Shown: piece by piece, positions 46,877 through 46,880 of the stretch
Layout: every line of letters starts with the position of its first letter
Numbering within the stretch: the stretch's first letter is position 1
Assembly: GCA_002633005.1 (NCBI GenBank)
Contig: NMRA01000609.1
Location: 1-46,880 of the forward strand
DNA length: 46,880 nt
Direction: 5' to 3'
From: Phoronis australis
Taxonomy: Eukaryota > Animalia > Phoronida
Translations under genes and position numbers: made by a program
Notes under the pieces: generated by a model
Told to the model about the DNA's origin: nothing
Database searches by the model: none
The model's input: the letters and a program-made list of their open reading frames with translations, nothing else

Positions 46877-46880
46877 AAAA

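Overview
This is eukaryotic, AT-rich, repeat-dense genomic DNA. It is most likely from a marine invertebrate such as an echinoderm, hemichordate, amphioxus or lophotrochozoan; this is inferred from spliceosomal introns, the MITE types and strong TACATGTA enrichment. Most ORFs in the supplied track are spurious. One intact protein-coding gene can be assembled by hand on the minus strand: 7 coding exons (39614->31135), all GT-AG with consistent phases, giving 321 aa. It is a chlorophyllase-family alpha/beta hydrolase with a putative signal peptide, a variant nucleophile motif (SHSSG), Glu at the usual DPV acid position and a GHCDILDD His motif. The rest is layered transposon debris. There are two inverted ~960-bp TTAA-flanked Kolobok-like elements carrying a frameshifted THAP domain (one inside intron 6 of the gene), further THAP relics and several MITE families, some nested. 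Retroelement relics include a Penelope GIY-YIG, a Gypsy RT, LINE fragments and tRNA-derived SINEs. A long GCA/GTA microsatellite and several hairpins are also present. No rRNA, genuine tRNA, CRISPR array or prokaryotic operon was seen. All family calls come from motif recognition by eye; no database searches were run.
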